The notes beneath the pieces were generated by a model, which worked only from the letters and a program-made list of their open reading frames with translations, was not told where the DNA came from and did no database searches. The translations under genes and the position numbers were made by a program. A DNA stretch of 32,000 bases from Hyperthermus butylicus DSM 5456 (GTDB taxonomy: Archaea > Thermoproteota > Thermoprotei_A > Sulfolobales > Pyrodictiaceae), in the NCBI RefSeq assembly GCF_000015145.1, contig NC_008818.1:480001-512000 (forward strand), given 5' to 3'. Every line of letters starts with the position of its first letter. Position 1 is the first letter of the stretch. This document shows, piece after piece, positions 17,457 to 26,311 of this stretch.

Positions 17457-19454
17457 TTGACGGCCCGCGTCTTAACCCCGGAAACACTGCGCAACATAGT
17501 CCTAGTTTCAAACCCCGCCATAACCCCTGATGGTGGTAAGATTCTCTACACGGTTGCAAGGATAAACATTGACGCTGATACCTATGAGTCTAGCATAAGC
17601 CTCCTAGATGTTGCCACCGGGTTTGAAGAGCCCCTACAGCAAGGCCCAAGCGACTCCTGTCCCATCCCGGCTCCCAACGGCAGGCACTACGTCTTTATCC
17701 GGAGGGTCGAGAGGGATAGGAAGCAGCGTGGCCAGCCAGGTCTCGAGCTAAGATTTGCGAGCATAGACAGGCCTGGAGCTAGCAGGCTCATAGCAAGAGT
17801 GCATGGCCTCGTCTCAGTCTCATGGAGTCCAGACTCCTTACGCCTCGCTGCGGCGATACCTGTCGGCCTACCCGACGAAGACGTAAAGGTTGTCGAGACA
17901 CTGCCTGTATGGTTTAACGGTAAAGGTTTCATCTACAAGACACAAGTTAAGCCCTTCATTGTTGACGTCTACTCAGGCTACATGGAGGAGATAAAACTCG
18001 ACGACGTGAAGTGGATGCAGGTAGCAGACATTGCCTGGAGTCCCGACGGCCGCAAAATAGCCGTTACAGTGTCCAGGGTTATGGAGAAGCCGTACCTACG
18101 AGACCTCTACGTATACTACCTTGATGAGGATCGCGCTGAGCTCGTAGCCGAAAAGCTCAGCGGGTTCGGCGAGATCGTCTGGAGCCCAGACTCCCGCTAC
18201 ATAGCCTACCTAGGCCACCGCAGGGAGAGGGGGTTCGCAACTCACAACAAGATACTTGTCTTCGATACCGAGGACCGGGGCAGCGAACCCGAGTGCCTTA
18301 CTTGCAGTCTTGACCGGAACGCTGTGAATACTGCTAACAGCGACGTGAGATTTTCCAGCTGCCTAAAGAAGCTGCAGTGGACACGCAAGGGCATACTATT
18401 CGTGGCAAGCGATCATGGAAGAGCGCCGCTGTATAGTGTAGAACCCGGCTCCGAGCCAACAATAGTGATTGACCCCGGCGAAGGCGTTGTGGATGAGTTC
18501 TCCGCAACCCCCGACGGCGCAAGGATAGCCTATACCAGGATGACCGCTACAGAGCCAAGGGAAGTCTACGTAAGTGATGGCGGTAATGCGAGGAGGCTTA
18601 CCAGGCACAACGACACCTGGCTCTCAAGATACAAGCTGTCGAAGCCCGAGAAGTTCGTCTTCAAGGCGAGCGATGGTGTTGAGGTTGAGGGCTGGATACT
18701 AAGGCCCCCAGAGGGCGTTGAGGAGAAGGGATGGGTACTATACATCCACGGCGGTCCCAAAACAATGTTCGGCTACGGCTTCATGCATGAATTCCACGTG
18801 CTAGCAGGTAGAGGCTACACTGTTGTCTACACAAACCCACGTGGCAGTGATGGCTACAGCGAGGAGTTCGCCGACATACGCTGCAGGTACGGCGAGAGAG
18901 ACTACCAGGACCTCATGGAGGCAGTAGAATATGTCATAGAGAGGTATAGACTGCCCCGCGACAAGGCGGCAGTAATGGGCGGAAGCTACGGAGGCTTCAT
19001 GACCAACTGGATTATAGGCCACACAGACCTCTTCAAGGCAGCAGTAACCATGAGAAGCATATCAAACTGGATAAGCATGTACGGCACCACAGACATAGGC
19101 TGGTACTTCGTCGAGGACCAGATATGCTGCACCCCATGGAGGAACTTCGAGCACTGCTGGGAGAAGAGCCCACTAAAGTACGCTGACCGGGTAAAGACCC
19201 CCACACTAATCATACACTCGAACGAAGACTATCGCTGCTGGCTAGACCAAGCACTACAGCTGTACACGGCACTCAAGTTGCACGGCGTCGAGACAAGGCT
19301 AGCAATATTTCCCAACGAAAACCACGATCTCTCAAGGAGCGGAAAGCCCAAACACCGTGTCAAGAGGCTACAGCTAATACTAGAATGGTTAGACGAGCAC
19401 CTAGCGGGCAAGAAGGAGGAAGAAAAAGCGGGCCGGGAAGCCGGAAACGCCTAG
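17457..19454 (+). CDS. S9-family serine peptidase (acylaminoacyl-peptidase/prolyl oligopeptidase-like)
   Basis: 665 aa; WSPDS/WSPDG beta-propeller repeats, VLYIHGGPKTMFGYGF, GSYGGFMTNW (catalytic Ser), IHSNEDYRCWLDQA, NENHDLSR. Confidence 0.92.
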   Translation: MTARVLTPETLRNIVLVSNPAITPDGGKILYTVARINIDADTYESSISLLDVATGFEEPLQQGPSDSCPIPAPNGRHYVFIRRVERDRKQRGQPGLELRFASIDRPGASRLIARVHGLVSVSWSPDSLRLAAAIPVGLPDEDVKVVETLPVWFNGKGFIYKTQVKPFIVDVYSGYMEEIKLDDVKWMQVADIAWSPDGRKIAVTVSRVMEKPYLRDLYVYYLDEDRAELVAEKLSGFGEIVWSPDSRYIAYLGHRRERGFATHNKILVFDTEDRGSEPECLTCSLDRNAVNTANSDVRFSSCLKKLQWTRKGILFVASDHGRAPLYSVEPGSEPTIVIDPGEGVVDEFSATPDGARIAYTRMTATEPREVYVSDGGNARRLTRHNDTWLSRYKLSKPEKFVFKASDGVEVEGWILRPPEGVEEKGWVLYIHGGPKTMFGYGFMHEFHVLAGRGYTVVYTNPRGSDGYSEEFADIRCRYGERDYQDLMEAVEYVIERYRLPRDKAAVMGGSYGGFMTNWIIGHTDLFKAAVTMRSISNWISMYGTTDIGWYFVEDQICCTPWRNFEHCWEKSPLKYADRVKTPTLIIHSNEDYRCWLDQALQLYTALKLHGVETRLAIFPNENHDLSRSGKPKHRVKRLQLILEWLDEHLAGKKEEEKAGREAGNA

Positions 19455-19645
19455 CCGTTTTCCTCAATATCATTCTCATTGTTTTCGTTGGCAGTAGGGC
19501 GGAAAAGTTGTGGATCCCGCCGCAGCTGGGTGGCCGCCTCTCATAGACCCCCAGGCTGTTTGCGGGGGCCTCCGGCGGTGGGCGGCCGTAGTACTCCTAT
19601 TCGGCTAGCTGCTGGCCGGGTAAATGTCTTAGCTCTCATCGAGGA

Positions 19646-20143
19646 CTAGATGTCTACAACGAACTGTACCCGCCAGCATCCATCCTCCTTAACTATTTCC
19701 ATCATTGCGTAGGTCATCGCCTTGACTATCGTTCTCTTGGGGTGCTTTGATGAGTTCATTTTTTCGCCCCAAGCTCTAGCCTTAAGGTAGTATTCGTCCT
19801 CGCTCCTCTTCTCTATTTTCTCCACCTTGAACTTGGAGAACACCATGCTTTCGCTATCGGTGTAGTATAGTAGGTCTTCTATCCAGCGGTAGAGCAGTTG
19901 GTAAATATCGACGCCGGTATCCTCTATTACCCTCTCCTCCTTAGGCTCAACCTTGCTCGTATCAGTTATCACCTCGTAGACGCCGATGGCAGCTTGCTCA
20001 AATGCCTCCTCGAGCGTACGGCCCTTAGCAACTATTATCACGTCGGCAGGATGTGGTGCGTGGGCATAGCCGGGACAGTTCAGCCTGGCAAGGGTTTCAC
20101 GCAACTCAGCCAGGATGTCCTCGTATACCTGGCCCTCAGCCAT
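19646..20143 (-). CDS. Archease (RtcB/tRNA-processing cofactor family)
   Basis: ORF 19646-20167; likely ATG 20143. YAHAPHPADVIIVAKGRTLEEAFEQAAIGVYEVITDTSKVEP...LLYRWIEDLLYYTDSESMVFSKF...YLKARAWGEKMNSSKHPKRTIVKAMTYAMMEI. Confidence 0.88.
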   Translation of the reverse strand: MAEGQVYEDILAELRETLARLNCPGYAHAPHPADVIIVAKGRTLEEAFEQAAIGVYEVITDTSKVEPKEERVIEDTGVDIYQLLYRWIEDLLYYTDSESMVFSKFKVEKIEKRSEDEYYLKARAWGEKMNSSKHPKRTIVKAMTYAMMEIVKEDGCWRVQFVVDI

Positions 20144-20577
20144 AGCTTCCACCAATAACAAGCACAAGTTTCACTTAGGTAATAATGCTAGCTCTGAGCA
20201 ACGATAGAGCTGTAGTTAATCTTGTGGCTGTCCTGTGAGTACACCTGGGAGGAGCCCTACTCCCTGGACGTCAGCTTGTCGGCAACAGCTCCACGGCTAC
20301 GAGGGAACAAATGTGGTTATGCATACAGGTCTCCCGGGATCATAGGGTCTTGTATGATAGAATGATGCTGCGAGGCCCTCTAGATGATTGTGTCGGATAA
20401 ATGGGTAGGGCTTCATGCTTTGTCAAGTCCTACAAGGGCGATATTATGCTATGCCCGTGTGCAATATCAGCGTTTTTTGCGGGGAGTTGATTACTCGACA
20501 ATTGGTGGCTCACGCCTCAGCTGAGGGTAGGCTAAAGCCCTCCAATCTCGAGTATACTGGTGACACGGTGTTAGTCT

Positions 20578-21171
20578 TTGCCAGGTGTGCCGGGCGGCTA
20601 TGTTGAGGCAGGTGATAAGTGGTACTACATCCTCCACCCGCGTCCCGCCTACATACTTGTAACAGAGTATGGTGGCCGAGTAAACTTCATGGCTGCTTCC
20701 TGGGTTATGCCGTTGAGTGAGGATCCGCCAAGGATAGTGGCAGCTCTTGACAAAGCATCATTCACGATGGAGCTTATACTTAGCTCAAAGGCTTTCACGG
20801 TTAACGTATTAACGATCGATCATGTAGACTTCATATACGCTGCCGGCACCACCAGCGGTAGGAGGGTGGATAAGCTAGCAGTCCTCGGGGCCGAGATCTC
20901 AAGAGATACCGTTACCGGGGTTCCGAGGCTCTCAAAGCCCAGGCCCATAGGCGTTATAGAGGCAAGCGTCTACCGCGTCTACAGCGACGTGGCAGAGGAC
21001 GTCCATCTAATCGTGGCGGATGTCGTTGCAGCATACGCCGATCCGGAGTTCTTCAACGAGAAGTATGGCTGGGATCTCAGGAAGGCACGTATAGCAATAC
21101 ATGCAGCTGGCCGAGCCTTCACGATACCTGGCGGGCTTTACATTGCTAAGAAGCTTGCGGCGAAACATTAG
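20578..21171 (+). CDS. Flavin reductase-like / FMN-binding split-barrel protein
   Basis: 197 aa; VNFMAASWVMPLSEDPPRIVAALDKASFTMELILSSKAFTVNVLTIDHVDFIYAAGTTSGRRVDK. Non-ATG start. Confidence 0.75.
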   Translation: MPGVPGGYVEAGDKWYYILHPRPAYILVTEYGGRVNFMAASWVMPLSEDPPRIVAALDKASFTMELILSSKAFTVNVLTIDHVDFIYAAGTTSGRRVDKLAVLGAEISRDTVTGVPRLSKPRPIGVIEASVYRVYSDVAEDVHLIVADVVAAYADPEFFNEKYGWDLRKARIAIHAAGRAFTIPGGLYIAKKLAAKH

Positions 21172-21273
21172 TAAACCCGAAACAGCTTCGGAGTCCTTTG
21201 GGTTGTGTGAAGTTATAACCCTTTAGATGCTCCAAGCTTACAATCGGGCACGCCGCATAGAGGGTGTCCGGGC

Positions 21274-22728
21274 TTGAGCGCCAGGATTCCACTCCGTAAA
21301 ATCAGCGAGTTCGAATGGGAAATACCCAAGGGCGCTAAGCCCTGCATGAAGGTCCCATCCATAATCTTTGCAGACGAGTTTCTGCTCGAAAAAATGAAGG
21401 GTGACCTAACACTGGTCCAGGCAGCCAATGTGGCATGTCTCGGCGGCATACAGAAGTACAGCATTGTGATGCCCGACGGACACCAGGGCTACGGTTTCCC
21501 CATAGGCGGCGTAGCAGCCATGGCCGTTGACGAGGACGGTGTCATAAGCCCTGGCGGCGTGGGCTACGACATCAACTGTGGTGTACGCCTCATAAGGACT
21601 AACCTAGACATAAAGGATGTCAAGCCTAAGCTACGCGAGCTAATAGACGAGCTATTCCGCAACATACCAAGCGGCCTTGGTAGTAGCGGCAAGATCAGGC
21701 TGAGCATCCAGGAGCTAAACAAGGTGCTAGATGAGGGTGTCGAGTGGGCCGTACAGAGGGGCTACGGCTGGGCTGAGGACCCAGACCACATAGAGGAGAG
21801 GGGTAGCTGGACAGCTGCAGACTCCAGCAAGGTTAGCGACCGTGCCAAGAGGCGGGGCGCAGAGCAACTAGGTACGCTCGGCAGCGGCAACCACTTCCTA
21901 GAGGTGCAAGTGGTAGACAAGATCTACGACCCGAAGCTAGCCGAAGCCATGGGCATAACTCATGAAGGCCAGGTAATGGTGATGGTCCACACAGGCAGCA
22001 GAGGCCTGGGTCACCAGGTCGCGAGCGACTACCTAATGATAATGGAGCGCGCCATGAGAAAGTATGGTATAAGGCCGCCAGACCGTGAGCTGGCAAGCGT
22101 ACCATTCAACAGCAGGGAGGGTCAAGACTACTTCAAGGCAATGGCTGCAGCGGCCAACTTTGCCTGGACAAACAGGCAGCTAATCACCTACTGGGCCAGG
22201 GAGAGCTTCAAGAAGGTCTTCCACCGCGACCCCGACCAGCTAGACATGGTTATAGTCTACGACGTAGCCCACAACATAGCCAAGCTAGAAGAACACGACG
22301 TAGACGGCAAGAGGAAGCAGCTAATAGTACACCGTAAAGGCGCCACTCGTGCCTTCCCACCGGGACACCCACAGATACCCAAGGACTACCAGGCCATAGG
22401 CCAGCCAGTACTCATTCCGGGCAGCATGGGTACAGCAAGCTACGTACTGGTAGGCGTCCCAACAGGTGCAAGGGCATGGTACACAGCGCCACACGGAGCT
22501 GGCAGATGGCTGAGCAGAGCAGCAGCTAAGAGAATGAAGAGCTACACCCAAGTAGTAAGAGAGCTAGAAGCTAAAGGTATACTCATAAGGGCAAGTGATC
22601 GTGCCACCGTAGTTGAGGAAATGCCGCAGGCATACAAGGACGTAGATAGGGTAGCCCTAGTGGCACATCGCGTAGGCATAGCCAAGATGGTAGTCAGACT
22701 ACGTCCACTAGCAGTAACGAAGGGTTAG
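21274..22728 (+). CDS. rtcB: tRNA-splicing ligase RtcB (no intein apparent)
   Basis: 484 aa; MPDGHQGYGFPIGGVAAM...SPGGVGYDINCGVRLI...GTLGSGNHFLEVQVVD...GSRGLGHQVASDY...DVAHNIAKLEEH...RKGATRAFPPG...VLIPGSMGTASYVLVG...GAGRWLSRAAAKR. Confidence 0.97.
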   Translation: MSARIPLRKISEFEWEIPKGAKPCMKVPSIIFADEFLLEKMKGDLTLVQAANVACLGGIQKYSIVMPDGHQGYGFPIGGVAAMAVDEDGVISPGGVGYDINCGVRLIRTNLDIKDVKPKLRELIDELFRNIPSGLGSSGKIRLSIQELNKVLDEGVEWAVQRGYGWAEDPDHIEERGSWTAADSSKVSDRAKRRGAEQLGTLGSGNHFLEVQVVDKIYDPKLAEAMGITHEGQVMVMVHTGSRGLGHQVASDYLMIMERAMRKYGIRPPDRELASVPFNSREGQDYFKAMAAAANFAWTNRQLITYWARESFKKVFHRDPDQLDMVIVYDVAHNIAKLEEHDVDGKRKQLIVHRKGATRAFPPGHPQIPKDYQAIGQPVLIPGSMGTASYVLVGVPTGARAWYTAPHGAGRWLSRAAAKRMKSYTQVVRELEAKGILIRASDRATVVEEMPQAYKDVDRVALVAHRVGIAKMVVRLRPLAVTKG

Positions 22729-23039
22729 CCTCTCCACACTACCCGAAAACCCCACCAAAACATACTCCCGGTACTACTGATGCATACTAGAAGAGCTAGA
22801 CTGTAGGACTCTAATGCTCACTCCACGCAGCTTTTTGCTAGGAAAGTTGTAATACATGTCTTCGCATAATACAAACTTACCGTTTCCGTTCTTGTTTATA
22901 TGGGAGGAATCCTCCCCACGTCATACCTTCAAGGTGCTTTTAAAGTGCAAAAATCACAGTAATGTCCAGGAACATTTTTAAAGGCAAAAAGGCAAAGATA
23001 TAGTAGAGTATGACAAAATAAATGTATGCGTGAGCTGCC

Positions 23040-24194
23040 ATGGCTAAGAAGATAGTTATACTCGGAGGCGGCGCTGGTGGTGTTATTGCTGCCAGGAGAC
23101 TGAGGGAGGTTCTGAAGCCCGAGGAGGCCGAGATAACGTTAATAGATAAGAGTGAGTTCCATGAGTTTCGGCCATCCTATCTCTGGGTCATGACTGGGAT
23201 AAGGGAGCCTGATGACATAAGGAGGCCCTTGAGAACCCTTGAGAAATACAAGATAAACTTCGTACAGGATGAAGTGACCGAGATAGATCCGGCAAACAGA
23301 ACAGTGAAGGGCAAGAAGGGGTCCTATGAGTATGACTATCTCATAGTGGCATTGGGAGCCGCTCTGAAGGAGGAGATAGAAGCACCTGGGGTATGTGCAC
23401 CCTGGAGCATGGAAGGGGCTCTTCGCTGCAAATCGATACTGTCGGAGCTAAGATCCCCTAGCGTGAAGATCGTAATAGGGCCTGCCTCATGGCCTTACCG
23501 CTGTCCCCCAGCGCCCTTCGAGGTTGCGTTCCTGCTGAAGTACCTTATGGAGCAGCGTGGAGTCAAAGCTGACATCAAGGTCTTCCACATGTGGAGCAAA
23601 CCCATGGAGCCTTTCGGCCCGCTAATGTCCTCTATGTTCAGCCAGATGCTCAACGAATACGGCATAGAGTTTGTGGGCGGTGCCCAGTTCCAGGAGGTTG
23701 ATGGTAGCTCCAAGAAGGTGAGGCTCTCCACAGGCGAACTAGAGTATGATATGGCTGTCGTGATACCACCTCACGCGCCACCGGAGCCTGTGGCAAAGTC
23801 TGAGCTGGCAGACCAGCGGACAGGCTGGATGAAGGTAGAGCTGCCGCACATGAGGAACCCCAAGTACAAGGAAGTGTTTGGCATAGGCGACGTAGTGAGT
23901 CCGACAATAGGGTTGAGCATGGCGGGTGTCTTCGCCCACTTCCAGGCAGAGCATGTGGCGAGCCAGATAGCCGATGAGATAAAGGGCGTCTACATGGGGG
24001 AGCACTACAACATGAGCGGTATCTGTGTAATGGACCTAGGCTATATAGGTGCTGCAGTCTACTGTGACTTCTCCAAGAAGCTCATGGAGAGAGCGCCTTA
24101 TCCCGACTGTAGGATGCTAGGAGGCTCCAGGGCCTTCCGCGTAGTCAAGGCGGCTTTTGAGAGGATGTGGTTCAGCAGCCTATTTGGCTACTAA
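23040..24194 (+). CDS. FAD-dependent oxidoreductase, sulfide:quinone oxidoreductase-like
   Basis: 384 aa; KKIVILGGGAGGVIAARRLRE...FHEFRPSYLWVMTG...YDYLIVALGAALKEEI...GIGDVVSPTIGLSMAGVFAHFQAEHVASQIA. Confidence 0.85.
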   Translation: MAKKIVILGGGAGGVIAARRLREVLKPEEAEITLIDKSEFHEFRPSYLWVMTGIREPDDIRRPLRTLEKYKINFVQDEVTEIDPANRTVKGKKGSYEYDYLIVALGAALKEEIEAPGVCAPWSMEGALRCKSILSELRSPSVKIVIGPASWPYRCPPAPFEVAFLLKYLMEQRGVKADIKVFHMWSKPMEPFGPLMSSMFSQMLNEYGIEFVGGAQFQEVDGSSKKVRLSTGELEYDMAVVIPPHAPPEPVAKSELADQRTGWMKVELPHMRNPKYKEVFGIGDVVSPTIGLSMAGVFAHFQAEHVASQIADEIKGVYMGEHYNMSGICVMDLGYIGAAVYCDFSKKLMERAPYPDCRMLGGSRAFRVVKAAFERMWFSSLFGY

Positions 24195-24210
24195 GTGGAG
24201 GTGTCAAGTC

Positions 24211-24675
24211 ATGAGTGCCCAGACGAATGAGGCGGTTTTAAAGGTTCTAGATAAACTGTCTCAGCTCAATCCAGAGGAACTCGAGAGACTAGTGGACAGC
24301 CTCATCGAAGCCAAGGAAGCCCTAGCCCAAATGGCCAGAATAGCAGCTAAGCTTAAGGAGACAGGCGTCCTAGACGTCATAGAGACATTCCTCGACAGCA
24401 GTGCTGAGCAGTTTAACGCAATGACTAGACCGGACATAATGAGCATGGTAGCAAACATGATGATGGCGGCCTGGATCCTAGGCCAGATACCACACGGGAT
24501 GCTGGTAGAACTAGGCAACAAGGTCTCCACCTGCACAGCAGCAGCTAAGGAGGAGTTCGACAAGACTAACAAGAAGCTAGGCCTAATGGAGATGCTGAAC
24601 ATCATGAGGAGCCCAGAATTCGCAGCAGCACTAAAGGCTATGCAGAAGATGCTAGCCTGCCTTAAGAGCAAATAA
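24211..24675 (+). CDS. DUF1641-family protein
   Basis: ATG 24211 (MSAQTNEAVLKVLDKLSQLNPEELERLVDSLIEAKEALAQMARIAAKLKETGVLDVIETFL...); 16 nt after the SQR-like stop. Confidence 0.7.
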   Translation: MSAQTNEAVLKVLDKLSQLNPEELERLVDSLIEAKEALAQMARIAAKLKETGVLDVIETFLDSSAEQFNAMTRPDIMSMVANMMMAAWILGQIPHGMLVELGNKVSTCTAAAKEEFDKTNKKLGLMEMLNIMRSPEFAAALKAMQKMLACLKSK

Positions 24676-25099
24676 TATAATAGAGAGTTTAGAGCTTCCG
24701 GTATGATATATCATTTGCTTTTTATCTCATCCTATCTGGGTAATTTTTCTCCAGTTCTGCAATCAAAATTGTAGACGCGTAGAGCAAGCTACAAGCTTTC
24801 CAATGTCTGCGTGGCGTTATGTGCTAGTGTGTACAAGGGCTGCTAGTTGATTAGACTTGTGAACTATTTCCTGGATTAGAGGTTTGGCTATCCCTCGCCC
24901 ACCTCGTAGCCTCTACAAGGCTCAGCTGGTCCATCAGTTAGAGGCTGTAGCCATCCACATTCACGATGCGAAAGATTTTAGTATTGACATGTCCCTAGGT
25001 TCATGCATGGTTTCCTCTTGGTGGTAGGGTGTTTTACGCTTCCAGGCCAGGCTTGATATAAAGTGTAATTTCGAGGTCTTTGATGTGGGCGTCATAGAG

Positions 25100-26281
25100 C
25101 TAGGATAGGCGGAGTAGTATTTCTCCAACTATCTTCTCAGCCTTCTCTGCAAGTTTTTCGAGGTGTTGTGCTGTCGTACGGAGTCTTTCTGCGAGTAGTA
25201 GCTCTAAGGCCTCGGTCTCGCTTAGCCCGCGGCTCTGTAGGTAGAATAGTTGTTCGCTTGAAATTCGGTACTGGGCTGCATGGTGACTTGCATGTTCTAC
25301 ATCCCCGGTATCTATCTCCATGAGAGGCATTGTGTAGCCCTGGGCGTGCTGGCCTAGTATTAGTACCTCGGCGTCAAAGCTTGCACTACTACCCCGTGCT
25401 GTCTCGCGGATGCTTGCTACTCCTCGTGCTGCAACAATGCTCTTGTCGAGTGCGAAGCTGTATAGCCTTACGCTGCTTCTGCTCCGGGGGCCCTGGTGTA
25501 TTATGTCCGCTATGTAGTCTAGCTTCTGGCTTCCAGCTGCTACTCCAGCGCCGCGGTGTACTAGACTAGCGCTTTTTGCTAATAGGATCTTCTCCTCTAT
25601 ACGATGCATGGCTGAGCCTAAGGCTATGGTGGCTGAGTGAAGCTGTGTGCCTTCCAGGACTAGGCGGCGCACAAGAAGCGCATGTACTGCAGCCTCCGGA
25701 GGCCTAACCACGGTTAGCAGTTCTAGGCTCGAGCCCTCGCCTGCAACAATCTCTACCGCGGTTGAGCCACTCCCGGCTGGCAGTATGTCGAGCTGCAGCG
25801 CAGCCTCTATACCAGGCTCAACAGCTACTACGAGGTGGCTACTACCCCAGACGCCGCCAGGCCCACAGACTGCTACACGGTAGACTCCAGGATCCCGTAC
25901 CTCGAGCACATAGGCCTCCTTTAGGAATGCATAGTGGGCGGCAGTAAGCCGCGTCTCATTAACCTGCAGCATTGAGGCAAAGATCCTGGCTAGCTCCCGG
26001 GGCGCCTCTTCTAGCCTATACACCCGTAGACCATTGGCTGGGGAGCTTGCAGTGCATGAGCCTACAGCTGCATCATAGCCTTCCGGCAAGCGTCTCTGCT
26101 CAGACGCTGTATCCTCGCCCCGACGGACTGCTGCGAGCTGCTTCTCAAACAGCATCCAGTCGGTATAGTACTTGATAGTAGGTGAGTCTGCTAGGTGTTG
26201 CCAGGGTAGCTTGTCAAGCAGCTCTCGGGCTCGACGCTTCACTGCGTCTAGGCTTCTCTCCACCTGTCCTACACTAGCCAT
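25100..26281 (-). CDS. sufD: Fe-S cluster assembly protein SufD
   Basis: ORF 25100-26296, likely ATG 26281 after GGAGGGAGC; SAKSASLVHRGAG, DIIHQGPRSRSSVRLYSFALD, GQHAQGYTMPLMEIDTGDVEHASHHAAQYRISSEQLFYLQSRGLSETEALELL. Confidence 0.85.
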   Translation of the reverse strand: MASVGQVERSLDAVKRRARELLDKLPWQHLADSPTIKYYTDWMLFEKQLAAVRRGEDTASEQRRLPEGYDAAVGSCTASSPANGLRVYRLEEAPRELARIFASMLQVNETRLTAAHYAFLKEAYVLEVRDPGVYRVAVCGPGGVWGSSHLVVAVEPGIEAALQLDILPAGSGSTAVEIVAGEGSSLELLTVVRPPEAAVHALLVRRLVLEGTQLHSATIALGSAMHRIEEKILLAKSASLVHRGAGVAAGSQKLDYIADIIHQGPRSRSSVRLYSFALDKSIVAARGVASIRETARGSSASFDAEVLILGQHAQGYTMPLMEIDTGDVEHASHHAAQYRISSEQLFYLQSRGLSETEALELLLAERLRTTAQHLEKLAEKAEKIVGEILLRLS

Positions 26282-26311
26282 GAATGCTCCCTCCAATCCG
26301 ATGTTTACGTG

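Noticed and set aside
15829-17559. Full-length 576-aa start for the TrkH-type transporter
   Set aside because: The N-terminal stretch overlaps the divergent S9 peptidase gene and lacks transporter-like sequence; a start at 17433 or further downstream is more credible.
20415-20606. 63-aa ORF before the flavin-reductase-like gene
   Set aside because: Overlaps the likely start of the next gene in another frame, has Cys-rich low-likelihood composition and no recognisable family.
24908-24946. 8-bp inverted repeat AGCCTCTA/TAGAGGCT in the gap between the DUF1641 gene and sufD
   Set aside because: Short arms with a 23-nt loop and no other supporting signal; could easily be chance.
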